Positions 17,469 to 26,716 of a stretch of 40,388 bases of DNA are shown here, piece by piece. The notes below the pieces were generated by a model. The model did no database searches, was not told the DNA's origin, and saw only the letters and a program-made list of their open reading frames with translations. The stretch is from a virus (lineage: Duplodnaviria; Caudoviricetes), in IMG/VR virus record IMGVR_UViG_3300032373_001138, positions 1 through 40,388 of that record. One strand, given 5' to 3'. How positions within the stretch are numbered: position 1 is the first letter of the stretch; each line of letters begins with the position of its first letter. The position numbers and the translations under genes were made by a program.

Positions 17469-17846
17469 TTAGCGGGTGAGAATGCCGACAGCGGCAAGGG
17501 CAGTATGGGCGGCGGTGATTTCCGGTGCCGTTGGCGTGCCGGTGAACACCAGATCATTGGCGTTGACGATGGCGGGACCACGCAAGAGAACCACGGCATC
17601 AAAGTCCGCCGCCGTGGCGTCGGCCTTGCCCCAGAGCGCGGCGACAGCGGTTTCCGTGCCATCGATGGCGGCCGGATCATGGGCGGCGTATTTACCGGAT
17701 GCGGTGATTTTGCCGAGCACGGTGCCTGGTTCCAGAATGGGATTTGCGCCGCCGGTGGCGATGGTGACGACCTCGCGGCAATAATCCCGAAAGGCCTCCC
17801 AAACAATAAAACCGCCTGCATGGCGGCCTTCGGTCAGAATGGTCAT
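17469..17846 (-). CDS. Head decoration protein (lambda gpD-like)
   Basis: PGTVLGKITASGKY..HDPAA.DGTETAVA.L motif; between protease and capsid genes. Confidence 0.88.
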   Translation of the reverse strand: MTILTEGRHAGGFIVWEAFRDYCREVVTIATGGANPILEPGTVLGKITASGKYAAHDPAAIDGTETAVAALWGKADATAADFDAVVLLRGPAIVNANDLVFTGTPTAPEITAAHTALAAVGILTR

Positions 17847-17852
17847 GATGTC

Positions 17853-18794
17853 TTATCCTTTGCGTTTGAAAGTGCGGGCAATCACGTCGCCCCAAGGTTT
17901 TGCCTGAAAGTTGGCGTGATGCGGCGTTCCCGGTTGCGGGTGGGTGGAGGAAATGTCCGGCTCATTGGCGGCCTTGGCGTCGATCAGGGCCTTGCGGATA
18001 TCCTCAAAACTGGTCTCGGCGGTGAGGAACGAGGCCGCCATCTGCGGTTGACCGGCAAGGCGGCATAGATCAACGACCGTTTTGGCGTAGGTCATGGCCT
18101 CGGCACGGATGGAAATGGGATCAGGAACAGGGTCGGTTTTCTGCGCCTGTGCGGGAATGGGATCAGCCTTTGCCGATACTTCGGATTTCTCAGCCGGTTT
18201 CGCCACCTCGACGATTTCCGGCGGTGTGTTTTGGAACTGGCTCACATCAAAACTGGCGGCGATCTTGACCGGCTCAGCCATAGTGTCGGCAAATCCCATA
18301 TCGAGTGCGTCAGCTGCATCAAACCAGGTTTCCGCCGCCATCAGCGCCGCGATGTCCTTCTCGGACTTACCGGATTTCGCGGCATATCCTTTGTTGAGCG
18401 ACGCACCGATCTTCTCAAGCGCCTCTGCCATGGCGCGCATGTCACCCGCTGTGCCCATCACCATGCCCGACGGATCATGGATCATCAGGAAGGCGTTTTC
18501 CGGCATAATGATCTCATCCCCCGCCATGGCGATATAGGACGCGGCCGAAGCCGCGATACCGTCGATGGCCACGGTGACGGTGCCCGCGTGGCGCTGCAGC
18601 GCATTGTAAATGGCGACCGCATCGAACACCGAGCCGCCGGGACTGTTGAGGCGCAGGGTCAGCGGCGCCTTGTCGGGCAGTTTGCCAAGATCGGCGAGAA
18701 AGGCTTTGGCCGAGACGCCGTAAGCGCCGATTTCATCATAGATCGAGATTTCCGCACCCTCATTCAGGGCACAGATCGAATACCAGTTTTTCAT
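17853..18794 (-). CDS. ClpP-like head maturation protease with C-terminal scaffold region
   Basis: IYDEIG, LNSPGGSVFD, GIAASAAS, MIHDP and ETWF motifs; ATG 18794 with AAGGA RBS. Confidence 0.92.
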   Translation of the reverse strand: MKNWYSICALNEGAEISIYDEIGAYGVSAKAFLADLGKLPDKAPLTLRLNSPGGSVFDAVAIYNALQRHAGTVTVAIDGIAASAASYIAMAGDEIIMPENAFLMIHDPSGMVMGTAGDMRAMAEALEKIGASLNKGYAAKSGKSEKDIAALMAAETWFDAADALDMGFADTMAEPVKIAASFDVSQFQNTPPEIVEVAKPAEKSEVSAKADPIPAQAQKTDPVPDPISIRAEAMTYAKTVVDLCRLAGQPQMAASFLTAETSFEDIRKALIDAKAANEPDISSTHPQPGTPHHANFQAKPWGDVIARTFKRKG

Positions 18795-18810
18795 GGTGGT
18801 TCCTTTGCTA

Positions 18811-20280
18811 TTAAGGCTGTTCTTCTGGATCGGCCGGTTTGATTGGCGTGGCCCGCGCACCCTGGGTCTCGCCGGGGCCGGTGCTGTAATGGAGGCCAAG
18901 GGCAGCAGCCCGCTTTGCATCCGCCGCGTTCTCGCGGTCGATTTCTTCGATGTCGTATCCGGTGGCTTCGACCGCTTTCCTGCGTGACACCAATCCAGCA
19001 TTGATACCTAGCAATTGCGCCTGAATGTCTTTCAGCGGATCGACCCAATCCCAGCGTGGCGGGATCCAATGAACGGGCTTGGCCTTGGCCATATCTGGTA
19101 GATCAAGCGCGCCGGACAATGCGGCGGTTTCCAGCCAGCGCCGCCAGATGGGTCGACAGAACTGATGCGCCATCACCCCGTGCTGCAATTGGCCGATGCG
19201 TCTGCGGAACTCGACAAGCTCGGCGCGCAGGCTTGAGTAATTGGCTTGGCGTACATCGCCAGTGACCAGATGATAGGGCAGACCGAGCGAGGCCGAGATC
19301 GCCAGTAACGTGCGGTACTGGAAGGCTTCATATCCGCCACCGACATCGGCAGGGCTCGAGAACTTGATGTCTTCGCCAGGCAGCAGCACCTGCAAGGTGC
19401 CAGGTTCCAGGCTGGCGATGCCGATACCTTCGCCAGTGTCCTCGACTTCCCCCATCATTGGATCTTCCGGAGCGTTCTTGGTGATGAAGCCCGCGAACAT
19501 CGCGGCGGTTTTCTTGCGGTCGAGCTCGGCGTCATCATACTGGTCGAGCAGAAATAATCGCACCATGGCCGGGGCCACATGCGGCAGGCCCCGGATCTGG
19601 CCCGCGTCGATGGGTCGGTAGACGTGCAGCACGTCTTCGGCCGGAACGCGGACCGTCTCGGGCGTCACGTCCCCCCGATCGGTGCTGTCACCGGGATGAC
19701 GGCGGCGGAAGTGATAGGCGACTCGGCGGCCAATCCAGTCGAACTCGATGCCACAGCGGGTGCGGTTGCCGTTGGCGGCAGTCTCGGTTTTCTCAAACGG
19801 CAGCATTTCCGATTGCAGCAGTTGCAGCTGCATCGGAACCAGCAAGCCGTCCCCGGCGCGGCGCGGACGCAACCGCACGAAACATTCGCCGGCGACAAAC
19901 ATCTCGCGGGCAATCATTGCCTGCAGGCCGTAGAAGTCGGTCAACCCGTCGGCATCCGCCTGATCCGTCCAGGCCAGCCAAAGCCGCTGGACCTTGTCCC
20001 GCAACTCGGCATCCTCGATCAAGGAGGATGGCTTCATGCCGTCGCCGATCAGATTGGCAGCGTAAGCCTCACAGGCATTGGCGGCGTAGCCATTGGTGAC
20101 GACCAATTCGCGCGAACGCGCCAGCAGGCGCGGACCACCCGAGGCCACCAGCGAGTTGATGTTCTCCAGCGGTGGCTGCCAGCCGCGCAGGCGGCGGCGC
20201 GACATCGCCCCTTCGAGACGGGCGCGCACGCTGGTGGCTCCGCCAGTTTCCTGACGGCGAAAAGCATCAAACAGGCCCAT
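18811..20280 (-). CDS. Portal protein, lambda family
   Basis: LLARSRELV..NGYA, GQIRGLP, TGDVRQANYSSLRA, WDWVDPLKD. Confidence 0.95.
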   Translation of the reverse strand: MGLFDAFRRQETGGATSVRARLEGAMSRRRLRGWQPPLENINSLVASGGPRLLARSRELVVTNGYAANACEAYAANLIGDGMKPSSLIEDAELRDKVQRLWLAWTDQADADGLTDFYGLQAMIAREMFVAGECFVRLRPRRAGDGLLVPMQLQLLQSEMLPFEKTETAANGNRTRCGIEFDWIGRRVAYHFRRRHPGDSTDRGDVTPETVRVPAEDVLHVYRPIDAGQIRGLPHVAPAMVRLFLLDQYDDAELDRKKTAAMFAGFITKNAPEDPMMGEVEDTGEGIGIASLEPGTLQVLLPGEDIKFSSPADVGGGYEAFQYRTLLAISASLGLPYHLVTGDVRQANYSSLRAELVEFRRRIGQLQHGVMAHQFCRPIWRRWLETAALSGALDLPDMAKAKPVHWIPPRWDWVDPLKDIQAQLLGINAGLVSRRKAVEATGYDIEEIDRENAADAKRAAALGLHYSTGPGETQGARATPIKPADPEEQP

Positions 20281-20283
20281 GGG

Positions 20284-20499
20284 TCAGAGGCCCTTATTCG
20301 TGGTCACGCGGACCTGCCGGATGATTGATCTTCCCTCAAGCGCGGCGATTTCCCGGTCGAGCACATCAATGGCGCGGTCGATTTCAGCCAGGCTGCGGTA
20401 CTCCACGGTCTTGCCGTCATAGCTGACCCGGGCCACACCGCTTGAGCGGGACGCGGCAAGTGCTTCGCGGCGGGTGTTCAATTCTGCGATTGTTGCCAT
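20284..20499 (-). CDS. gpW-like head completion protein
   Basis: SGVARVSYDGKTVEYRSLAEI; between TerL and portal. Confidence 0.85.
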   Translation of the reverse strand: MATIAELNTRREALAASRSSGVARVSYDGKTVEYRSLAEIDRAIDVLDREIAALEGRSIIRQVRVTTNKGL

Positions 20500-20501
20500 G
20501 T

Positions 20502-22469
20502 TCAACCCATGTAATTCGAGCGCACCGAGCGCCGTTGTGGTTTCGATCGAACCGAGCGCCCTGCGGATAATCTTGGCGCTGCGTCATCGCTTTCCGGAGC
20601 CGCCACCTGCCGCTCCAGTTCATCCCAATGCTTTTCCGACCAGCGATCCGCCCCGAGGATCCACGCCGCCGCGCGGGCATAAACCCGACAATCCAGCGCT
20701 TCGTTACGTTCCCGCAGTTTTTGCCACTCCAACCGAGCAAAGCCGCGCTTGTTTTTCACCGTGACCAGCTGCTCGGCGACCAGTTGTTTCAGCCATTCGC
20801 TGTCGATCCAGCTTGGCAAGTGCAGCGTTCCCGGCGGGAACGTTTCTCCACCGGCAAAATCCTCGGGCGTCGGCCGTTCAAGGCGCAAAAACCGGTAAGT
20901 CTCGGATTTGAATGTTGACACCGCCACCGTCCACAGCCGTGCCCCGCGGCGCAGACGTTTGCCTGCGATGGTCGCGTCCACGAACGTTGGCCCTGAGACG
21001 GGACTGGCGCGACTGAAGCCTTCGACACCCTTGACAGGGGCCACCTGGCCAAACCCGACCTTGCGCGCCCAGCCGTAAACCGCCGGGGTTTCATAACCGG
21101 TGTCGATGGCCAGCCGCGCGATGGACATTTGGCTGCCGTTGGCATGTTGCCATGTGCGTCCGAGCAATTCCGTCAGCCCGTTCCAGCAGGCTTCAGAACC
21201 CGGGCCGCCCTCGATAACAATGTGATCAATCAGCCAGCTTTCCAAGCCCCGGCCCCAGGCCCAGACATCAGCTTCGATCCGGTCCTTCTGAACATCTACC
21301 CCTGCCGTCAGGAACAGCGCATTCGCGGGCACAGTGCCTGCGGCCCAGTCTTCTTTCCGATCCAGCAGCCGTTGCCAGTCCGGCGCTTCGCCGGACTCAA
21401 CCCAGGTCTCGCCGAGAATGGTGTTTTTGAAGGCACGGATCGCGTCGTCGGAACCCTGTGCTGCTTCCCAACCGCGCGCAATCCGCTCCCAGCTCAACCA
21501 TCCAACCGGCGAATAAAGCGCCGACAGGTGATAACCGACCGTGGCCGGGTCCGCACTTTCCGCTGTGGCCCGCCAAACACCTGCTTCCAGCATCGACGTC
21601 TTGTGGTGCTCGGCAATTGGCTGCTCGCAAACCTCGCAGTGGTAGGCCGCCGTTCCAGGCCGGCCTTTATCCCAGCGCAGCCGCTCGAATTTCAGCCATT
21701 GCGCCTCGCCGCAATGCGGGCAAGGCACGAAATACCGCCTCTGGTCCGAGGCCTCAAACTCCCTCTCGATCCGGCTCACCCCTTTCACGGTTGGCGTTGA
21801 CACCAGAAACACCTTGCGCCGGTGCGCAAACGTCAGCGAACGTGCTTCGGCCAGACTGACCGGATCGCCTTCCTCGTCTGCCGAGGCCGGATAGGCGTCG
21901 ACTTCATCGAGAAAGATGTAACGCGCCGGGGTGGACCGCAGTCCGACCGCCGAGTTCGCCCCCGTCATGATCAGGATGCCGCCCGGAAATTCCTTCGACA
22001 GCATGGTATTGCCGGAATCCCGCGCCCGGGATGGCCGGACCCGTTCACGCAAGGACGCACTTTCCTCGATCAGCGGATCGATCCGTTGCCGTGAGTTCCG
22101 CTTGGCCAGTTCCACGGTCGGCTGCACCGCCAGCATTGGCCCCGGGGCGTGAGAAATCACGAAGCCAATCATGTTGTTGCCCGCTTCCGTCGCGCCAACC
22201 TGGGCAGCCTTCATGAACACCACCCGCTGGGCGGGGTTACTTGGCGACAACGCATCCATGATTTCGCGCATGTAAGGCGTGCGGCTGGTGCGGTAGCGTC
22301 CTGGCTCGGCCGAGGCGCGCGAGGCCAGCATCCGATATTGGTCCGCCCATTCCGACACATTCAGGTCAGCGTCGGGAGTGAGCCCTTCCACCCATGCGCG
22401 CAGAAGATCGTCACCGCCTTCAAAATCCCCGACACCGGACGTAATATCAGCTGAAATCGAACCGGACAT
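20502..22469 (-). CDS. terL: Terminase large subunit (lambda gpA family)
   Basis: MKAAQVGATE, FLDEVDAYP, STPT, CPHC/CEVC zinc motif, LTAGVDVQ, RNEALDCRVYA. Exact start uncertain. Confidence 0.95.
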   Translation of the reverse strand: MSGSISADITSGVGDFEGGDDLLRAWVEGLTPDADLNVSEWADQYRMLASRASAEPGRYRTSRTPYMREIMDALSPSNPAQRVVFMKAAQVGATEAGNNMIGFVISHAPGPMLAVQPTVELAKRNSRQRIDPLIEESASLRERVRPSRARDSGNTMLSKEFPGGILIMTGANSAVGLRSTPARYIFLDEVDAYPASADEEGDPVSLAEARSLTFAHRRKVFLVSTPTVKGVSRIEREFEASDQRRYFVPCPHCGEAQWLKFERLRWDKGRPGTAAYHCEVCEQPIAEHHKTSMLEAGVWRATAESADPATVGYHLSALYSPVGWLSWERIARGWEAAQGSDDAIRAFKNTILGETWVESGEAPDWQRLLDRKEDWAAGTVPANALFLTAGVDVQKDRIEADVWAWGRGLESWLIDHIVIEGGPGSEACWNGLTELLGRTWQHANGSQMSIARLAIDTGYETPAVYGWARKVGFGQVAPVKGVEGFSRASPVSGPTFVDATIAGKRLRRGARLWTVAVSTFKSETYRFLRLERPTPEDFAGGETFPPGTLHLPSWIDSEWLKQLVAEQLVTVKNKRGFARLEWQKLRERNEALDCRVYARAAAWILGADRWSEKHWDELERQVAAPESDDAAPRLSAGRSVRSKPQRRSVRSNYMG

Positions 22470-23043
22470 GTGCACCAAGCTCTTCAAGCTGGGCACGTAC
22501 CTGGGTCTCGAGGATCTTTTGCATCAGGCTTGTCTCCAGTGTTACCTCTTGCCCGGCATCCGAGAGCGCCGCCGAAAGCTCGGCCGCAATCAGCGCCGCC
22601 ACCCGCGCGGGCCAGTTGACCCAGGCGTCGCGTTCCTCGCGTGCCAGCCGGAACACCAGCGCCTTGGCATGGGCCTTGTCGACCAGTTCGCCCTTCATCT
22701 TTTGCAGCTTCAAGCGCCGCTCCTGCGCCTTCAGAACCTCGTTCGCGGTCTTGGCCTGCAGGAAGGTGGTATTGCTGCCAGTGGCTGGGGCCGGCAGACC
22801 CTGTTCGCGCAGAGTTTCACCAACAGCCGAGAGCGCCGCATCGGGCACGGGCTTGAGTTTTGCATTGGCGTTGCCGCGTTGCTTGGAAGGGTCCGTCATC
22901 GCTGCGCGCGTCCTGTCGGAGGCGGCGGCATCAATCGTGCCATCAGCAAACAGCACCAGCCGACCTGCCGCCTTGGCCTTCTGGATCGCACCGCGCGAAA
23001 GACCCGCATGGGCGGCATATTTCCGTTCGCTCAGGCCTTGCAT
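22447..23043 (-). CDS. Terminase small subunit (Nu1-like)
   Basis: N-terminal HTH (LSERKYAAHAGLSRGAIQKA), coiled-coil, KGELVD motif; immediately upstream of TerL. Confidence 0.82.
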   Translation of the reverse strand: MQGLSERKYAAHAGLSRGAIQKAKAAGRLVLFADGTIDAAASDRTRAAMTDPSKQRGNANAKLKPVPDAALSAVGETLREQGLPAPATGSNTTFLQAKTANEVLKAQERRLKLQKMKGELVDKAHAKALVFRLAREERDAWVNWPARVAALIAAELSAALSDAGQEVTLETSLMQKILETQVRAQLEELGAHVRFDFS

Positions 23044-23155
23044 TTACAATCATTTCCAGCGGGATAAAGCACTATGATTGCTCCGCTTTTTGTTGATGAA
23101 AACTCGGTTCAGAGCGAACCTGATGACATCAGAACGATGCAAAAGGGCCGCCACC

Positions 23156-23380
23156 ATGACCAGCAGAACCCGCAGCAACGACAAGGCTCTTGCCGCCTTC
23201 GTGACCCGCAAGGCCGAAATCGACACCATGCTCGCCCGCCTGCAGGCTCTGAGCGATGAGCATTTCCACGCCAACCCCGACGAGGTTCACTGGGGACATG
23301 TTGGCGATCTGGCTGACATGGCTAGCAAACTGCGTGAGATCACCGACAGCGCCTTTGGCGAAGGAGAATACGCAGAATAA
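23156..23380 (+). CDS. Small conserved hypothetical protein, antisense to the late operon
   Basis: ATG 23156 after AAAGGG; ALAAF...KAEIDTMLARLQALSDEHF...PDEVHWGHVG recalled as typical of this prophage group. Confidence 0.72.
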   Translation: MTSRTRSNDKALAAFVTRKAEIDTMLARLQALSDEHFHANPDEVHWGHVGDLADMASKLREITDSAFGEGEYAE

Positions 23381-23451
23381 CCGGACCCATTCTCCCAACC
23401 TCGGGCGCGCTGCAATCCACCGGAGAATGTCCCCCATGACCCTGGTCCAGC

Positions 23452-23748
23452 TTACCCTTGTTCGAAATCTTCCACTGCTTTGCGATCTTCGGATTGCGAA
23501 GCTTCTAAAGACTGGGACCAGCTTCGGCTGGTCTTTTTTTCGTTGAGGCGGCTAAAGAGCCGCCGCAATAGGTAGGACCGCACCAGCGATACCAGGCTGA
23601 AGAGCAGCGCTATGCTCAGGTTGGCCTGCAGATTTGGCTGCCAGCCGAACATTGGAAACACCAGGATCTGTGTCGCAACCGCCAATGCATAGCCGACCGC
23701 CACGTTTGTAACGGCCTCAATGAGCGACATTGTTCGCGACTGCTTCAC
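23452..23748 (-). CDS. DUF7220-like small membrane protein
   Basis: MKQSR.MSLIEAVTNVAVGY...SLVRSYLLRRLF, two TM segments; GTG start overlaps the methylase stop. Confidence 0.72.
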   Translation of the reverse strand: MKQSRTMSLIEAVTNVAVGYALAVATQILVFPMFGWQPNLQANLSIALLFSLVSLVRSYLLRRLFSRLNEKKTSRSWSQSLEASQSEDRKAVEDFEQG

Positions 23749-24998
23749 CCGATCTGCCTCTTGGGCTTCAGATCCGCGAAGGACTCGCCGGTTTCAGCCA
23801 ACGCCGCAGTTCTGCCGGTGAACTGCTGCCAGCGTTCGACGGCGACATCGACGTAAGCCGGGTTCAACTCGATCCCGTAGCAGACCCGCCCCGTCGTTTC
23901 GGCCGCGATCAGCGTGGTGCCGGATCCCATGAACGGCTCGTAAACCGCTTGCCCGGGGCTTGAATCATTGAGGATCGGGCGGCGCATGCATTCCACCGGT
24001 TTCTGCGTGCCGTGCACCGTGTCCGCATCCTGATCCTTGTTTGCGATCTGCCAGAGCGTAGTCTGCTTGCGATCGCCCGCCCAATGTCCTTTGCCGGTTT
24101 TTTTGACGGCGTAGAGGCAAGGTTCATGTTGCCAGTGATAATCGCCACGGCTCAGCACCAGCCGGTCCTTGGCCCAGATGATTTGCGAGCGGATCTTGAA
24201 CCCCGAAACTTCGAGGCTTTCAGCCACCTCGCCTGCGTGCAATGCCCCGTGCCAGACATAGGCGACGTCGCCCGGAAACAGCGCCCAAGCCTCTCGCCAA
24301 TCGGCGCGGTCATCGTTTAGCACCTTGCCGGTGCGCTTGGTCGCCGATGCCCCGGTTTTATTCCGCCAGCCGGGATCGTATTCCACACCGTAGGGAGGAT
24401 CGGTGACCATAAGCAGCGGTTTCACCGTGCCAAGCACCCGCTCGACATCGGTGGCCACGGTGGCGTCTCCGCAGAGCAGGCGATGGTTTCCCAAAGTCCA
24501 AAGGTTCCCCGGTCGGCTGACCGGATCCTCGGGTGGCTCTGGAATGTCATCCTCGCCTTCGGTATCGGTTTCTTCATCAAGCCCGGACAACAACGCATCC
24601 AGTTCGGCGTCATCAAACCCGATCAGTGACAGATCAAAATCCTCGGCTGCCAGAAGCTGCAGTTCCCCGGACAATACCGCCTCGTCCCACTCACCCAGTT
24701 CGGTCAGCTTGTTGTCGGTAATTCTGTAGGCGCGACGTTGTTCATCGCTCAGATGACCCAGCACGATCACCGGCGCATCCCTCAACCCCAGTTTCTCGGC
24801 TGCCAGCACCCGGCCATGTCCGGCGATCAGTTCACCGTCGTCAGAGACAAGGCAGGGCACGGTCCAGCCGAACTCGGCCATGCTGGCGGCGATCTTTGCC
24901 ACCTGGTCCGCGCCGTGCATCTTGGCGTTGCGCGCGTAGGGTTTCAGGCGGTCGAGCGGCCATTGCTCGATCGCGTCAGGGGCAAAGCTGAGGGTCAT
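23745..24998 (-). CDS. ParB-like N-terminal domain plus amino-DNA methyltransferase (N6-adenine/N4-cytosine, beta group)
   Basis: LKPYARNAKMH...IAGHGR...DNKL (ParB-like); DPPY precedes HGTQKP and EPFMGSGTT. Confidence 0.92.
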   Translation of the reverse strand: MTLSFAPDAIEQWPLDRLKPYARNAKMHGADQVAKIAASMAEFGWTVPCLVSDDGELIAGHGRVLAAEKLGLRDAPVIVLGHLSDEQRRAYRITDNKLTELGEWDEAVLSGELQLLAAEDFDLSLIGFDDAELDALLSGLDEETDTEGEDDIPEPPEDPVSRPGNLWTLGNHRLLCGDATVATDVERVLGTVKPLLMVTDPPYGVEYDPGWRNKTGASATKRTGKVLNDDRADWREAWALFPGDVAYVWHGALHAGEVAESLEVSGFKIRSQIIWAKDRLVLSRGDYHWQHEPCLYAVKKTGKGHWAGDRKQTTLWQIANKDQDADTVHGTQKPVECMRRPILNDSSPGQAVYEPFMGSGTTLIAAETTGRVCYGIELNPAYVDVAVERWQQFTGRTAALAETGESFADLKPKRQIG

Positions 24999-25030
24999 GA
25001 AGGTTCTTCTGACTGTCGTTGGTTGTACCG

Positions 25031-25207
25031 GTGGCTTCCGGCAGGTGGATTCCAAGGTGGACTTCGGCCTGGACTCCAAGTGGATTTTTTGGACCCCAAA
25101 AATCTAGGGGGAATCCAGAAAAAATCCACCCGCAGTGGATGGCTAACGCTTTGTTTTATTGGTGTTTATTGTGGTCTTGGGTGGCTTCTGGATTCCGGGC
25201 GGACTCC
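25031..25207. repeat. Array of about 10 degenerate (G/C)TGGAYTCC-like 9-mers in both orientations (cosB-like)
   Basis: GTGGCTTCC 25031, GTGGATTCC 25045, GTGGACTTC 25057, CTGGACTCC 25069, GTGGATTTT 25080, TTGGACCCC 25089, inverted GGAATCCAG 25110 and AAAATCCAC 25121, CTGGATTCC 25188, CGGACTCC 25200. Confidence 0.7.
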
Positions 25208-25226
25208 CAAAAAAAACACCCTGTCG

Positions 25227-25281
25227 CTAGCGAACTTGCGCGCCTAGCCCCCCCGTATACGTTTAGCCCAGGAAGGGACCC
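25227..25281 (-). other. Putative lambda-like cos site (cosQ plus cosN)
   Basis: Minus strand GGGTCCCTTCCTGGGCTAAACGTATACG|GGGGGGCTAGGC|GCGCAAGTTCGCTA aligns with lambda GGGTCCTTTCC...TTACG|GGGCGGCGACCT|CGCGGGTTTTCGCTA; upstream of the packaging genes. Confidence 0.68.
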
Positions 25282-25287
25282 GTACAA

Positions 25288-25300
25288 TATCAAGGGGTTA
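25288..25300 (+). promoter_or_regulatory. IHF consensus site
   Basis: TATCAAGGGGTTA matches WATCAANNNNTTR exactly and lies next to the putative cos. Confidence 0.5.
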
Positions 25301-25436
25301 CGATGCGGTCTTAATGTTCTTTGCGTTGCATTTCATCTTGAAACCGCATCCTCACGCACCCTGTTCCGCTCACGTCTCTTGCGACTATGCCTGATTTGTA
25401 GCCCCTCGCTCGGAACTTGTCACGCGTTCCGGTGTC

Positions 25437-25898
25437 TCACTGAAAATTGTCTCGCAACACGATTTTCCTTGACAGGCGGTTCGCCTTTTCGATCACGAAA
25501 CGTTGCGAGCGCTTGGTCGGCGGCACCCGCCCGTTCAACCGCCAGACGATCACCGCAAGCCCGTATTGCCACCGGCGTGTCGCCGCCGCACGCGACAGTC
25601 CGAACTGCCAGCAGATCGGTTTCCAGGCGGTGCGTTCGGCCCTGAGCCAGAGCAACTTCGCATCCTCGACCTCCAGCCAGCGCAGCCAGAGCATGGCCTC
25701 GTCGGCCTCGGTGATCATGCGCGGGCTGGGCAGAGGCCGACGCATCTTCGGCTGCTGGCCCACCTTGTCGGCAAAGCTGTGGAAGTATTCCGGCCAGGCG
25801 TTGAAATGCCCCTGTGGCTTCACACCGGGCATCTGGCGCATAACGTCAGCAGCAAGTTCCAGCCGGTCCTGCACCATGGCGATTGTCCAGTCGGTCAT
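25437..25898 (-). CDS. DUF6362-like HTH protein, candidate late-gene regulator
   Basis: MTDWT..MVQDRLELAA, PSPRMITEADEAMLWLRWL, WKPICWQFGLSRAAATRRW (sigma-70 region-4-like HTH); last gene before cos and the late operon. Confidence 0.75.
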   Translation of the reverse strand: MTDWTIAMVQDRLELAADVMRQMPGVKPQGHFNAWPEYFHSFADKVGQQPKMRRPLPSPRMITEADEAMLWLRWLEVEDAKLLWLRAERTAWKPICWQFGLSRAAATRRWQYGLAVIVWRLNGRVPPTKRSQRFVIEKANRLSRKIVLRDNFQ

Positions 25899-26101
25899 CG
25901 TGATGCCTCCTTTTGGCCGGGGCGCCTGCCGTACAGTTTTTCCCCAAGCTGACGTACCAGTTCCCGCTCGGGCCAGGTCAGACGCTGATCCTCGAGCAAA
26001 ACGGCGAATAGACCATCCTCCTTCCAGCCATCGCGTTTCACTTTTTCTGGATCCCGCCGGGTGCCACCGTAACCGCGCGGGGTGAAGCTCATTCCTTTCA
26101 T
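25895..26101 (-). CDS. Small conserved hypothetical phage protein
   Basis: PRGYGGTRRDPEKVKRDGW...LTWPERELVRQLGEKLYG; 4-nt overlaps with both neighbours. Confidence 0.7.
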   Translation of the reverse strand: MKGMSFTPRGYGGTRRDPEKVKRDGWKEDGLFAVLLEDQRLTWPERELVRQLGEKLYGRRPGQKEASR

Positions 26102-26619
26102 GCCACACCTCCACTGGTTTCAATCGCCCAAAGCAGGATGGCGATAGCGTCGGCCTCGTTGTCGTCGGCCGGGCTGAACCCGCGCGCCCGGGCCGCGGCG
26201 ATCATTGCCGCCTTGTTGGCGTTGCCTTTGCCCGTGGCGTGTTTCTTGATGGTCCCGACCGGAACGCCCTGATACGGCACGGCCTGCATTTCCGCCCAGG
26301 CGGTCAGTGTGGCCATGAGCCCACCAAAGACATGCGCCGAGTCGGTGCCTGCATGCCGACGGACTTCCTCAAACCAGATCGTCGCGATCGGCCCCGCGAG
26401 CCGATCCATTTCGCTCAGCCAGTTCTGGAACCGCAGGTAGCGCATGCCGCCGCCGTCATAGCGGCTGGGGCGAAAGCTGACCGTGCCGCTGGTGATCAGA
26501 CCATCCTGGGATCTCAGCGCCCAGCCGGTGGTGGTGCCGAGATCAATGGCCAGCAGGGTTCGATCCATTGGGGTGGCGGTTGGTAGGTTGGCGCACGCAG
26601 GTGCGAGGGAATGGGTCAT
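26098..26619 (-). CDS. RuvC-like Holliday junction resolvase
   Basis: LAIDLGTTTGWA, FEEV, IKKHATGKGNANK, DDNEADA acidic motifs; AGGAGGT RBS. Confidence 0.85.
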   Translation of the reverse strand: MTHSLAPACANLPTATPMDRTLLAIDLGTTTGWALRSQDGLITSGTVSFRPSRYDGGGMRYLRFQNWLSEMDRLAGPIATIWFEEVRRHAGTDSAHVFGGLMATLTAWAEMQAVPYQGVPVGTIKKHATGKGNANKAAMIAAARARGFSPADDNEADAIAILLWAIETSGGVA

Positions 26620-26716
26620 GACGACCTCCTTTTCAGGGTTCAGTGGTCGGGGCGGCATCGCCATCGGGTGAGGATGGCGGTCGCCCGAACCCGAAATTGG
26701 GGGTCAGGTCTGATCT

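Noticed and set aside
16376-17821. 481-aa ORF extending the capsid frame upstream across the decoration gene (possible decoration-capsid fusion)
   Set aside because: The extension is Pro/Ser/Arg-rich shadow sequence, no slippery site was seen, and a good RBS plus ATG exists at 17389.
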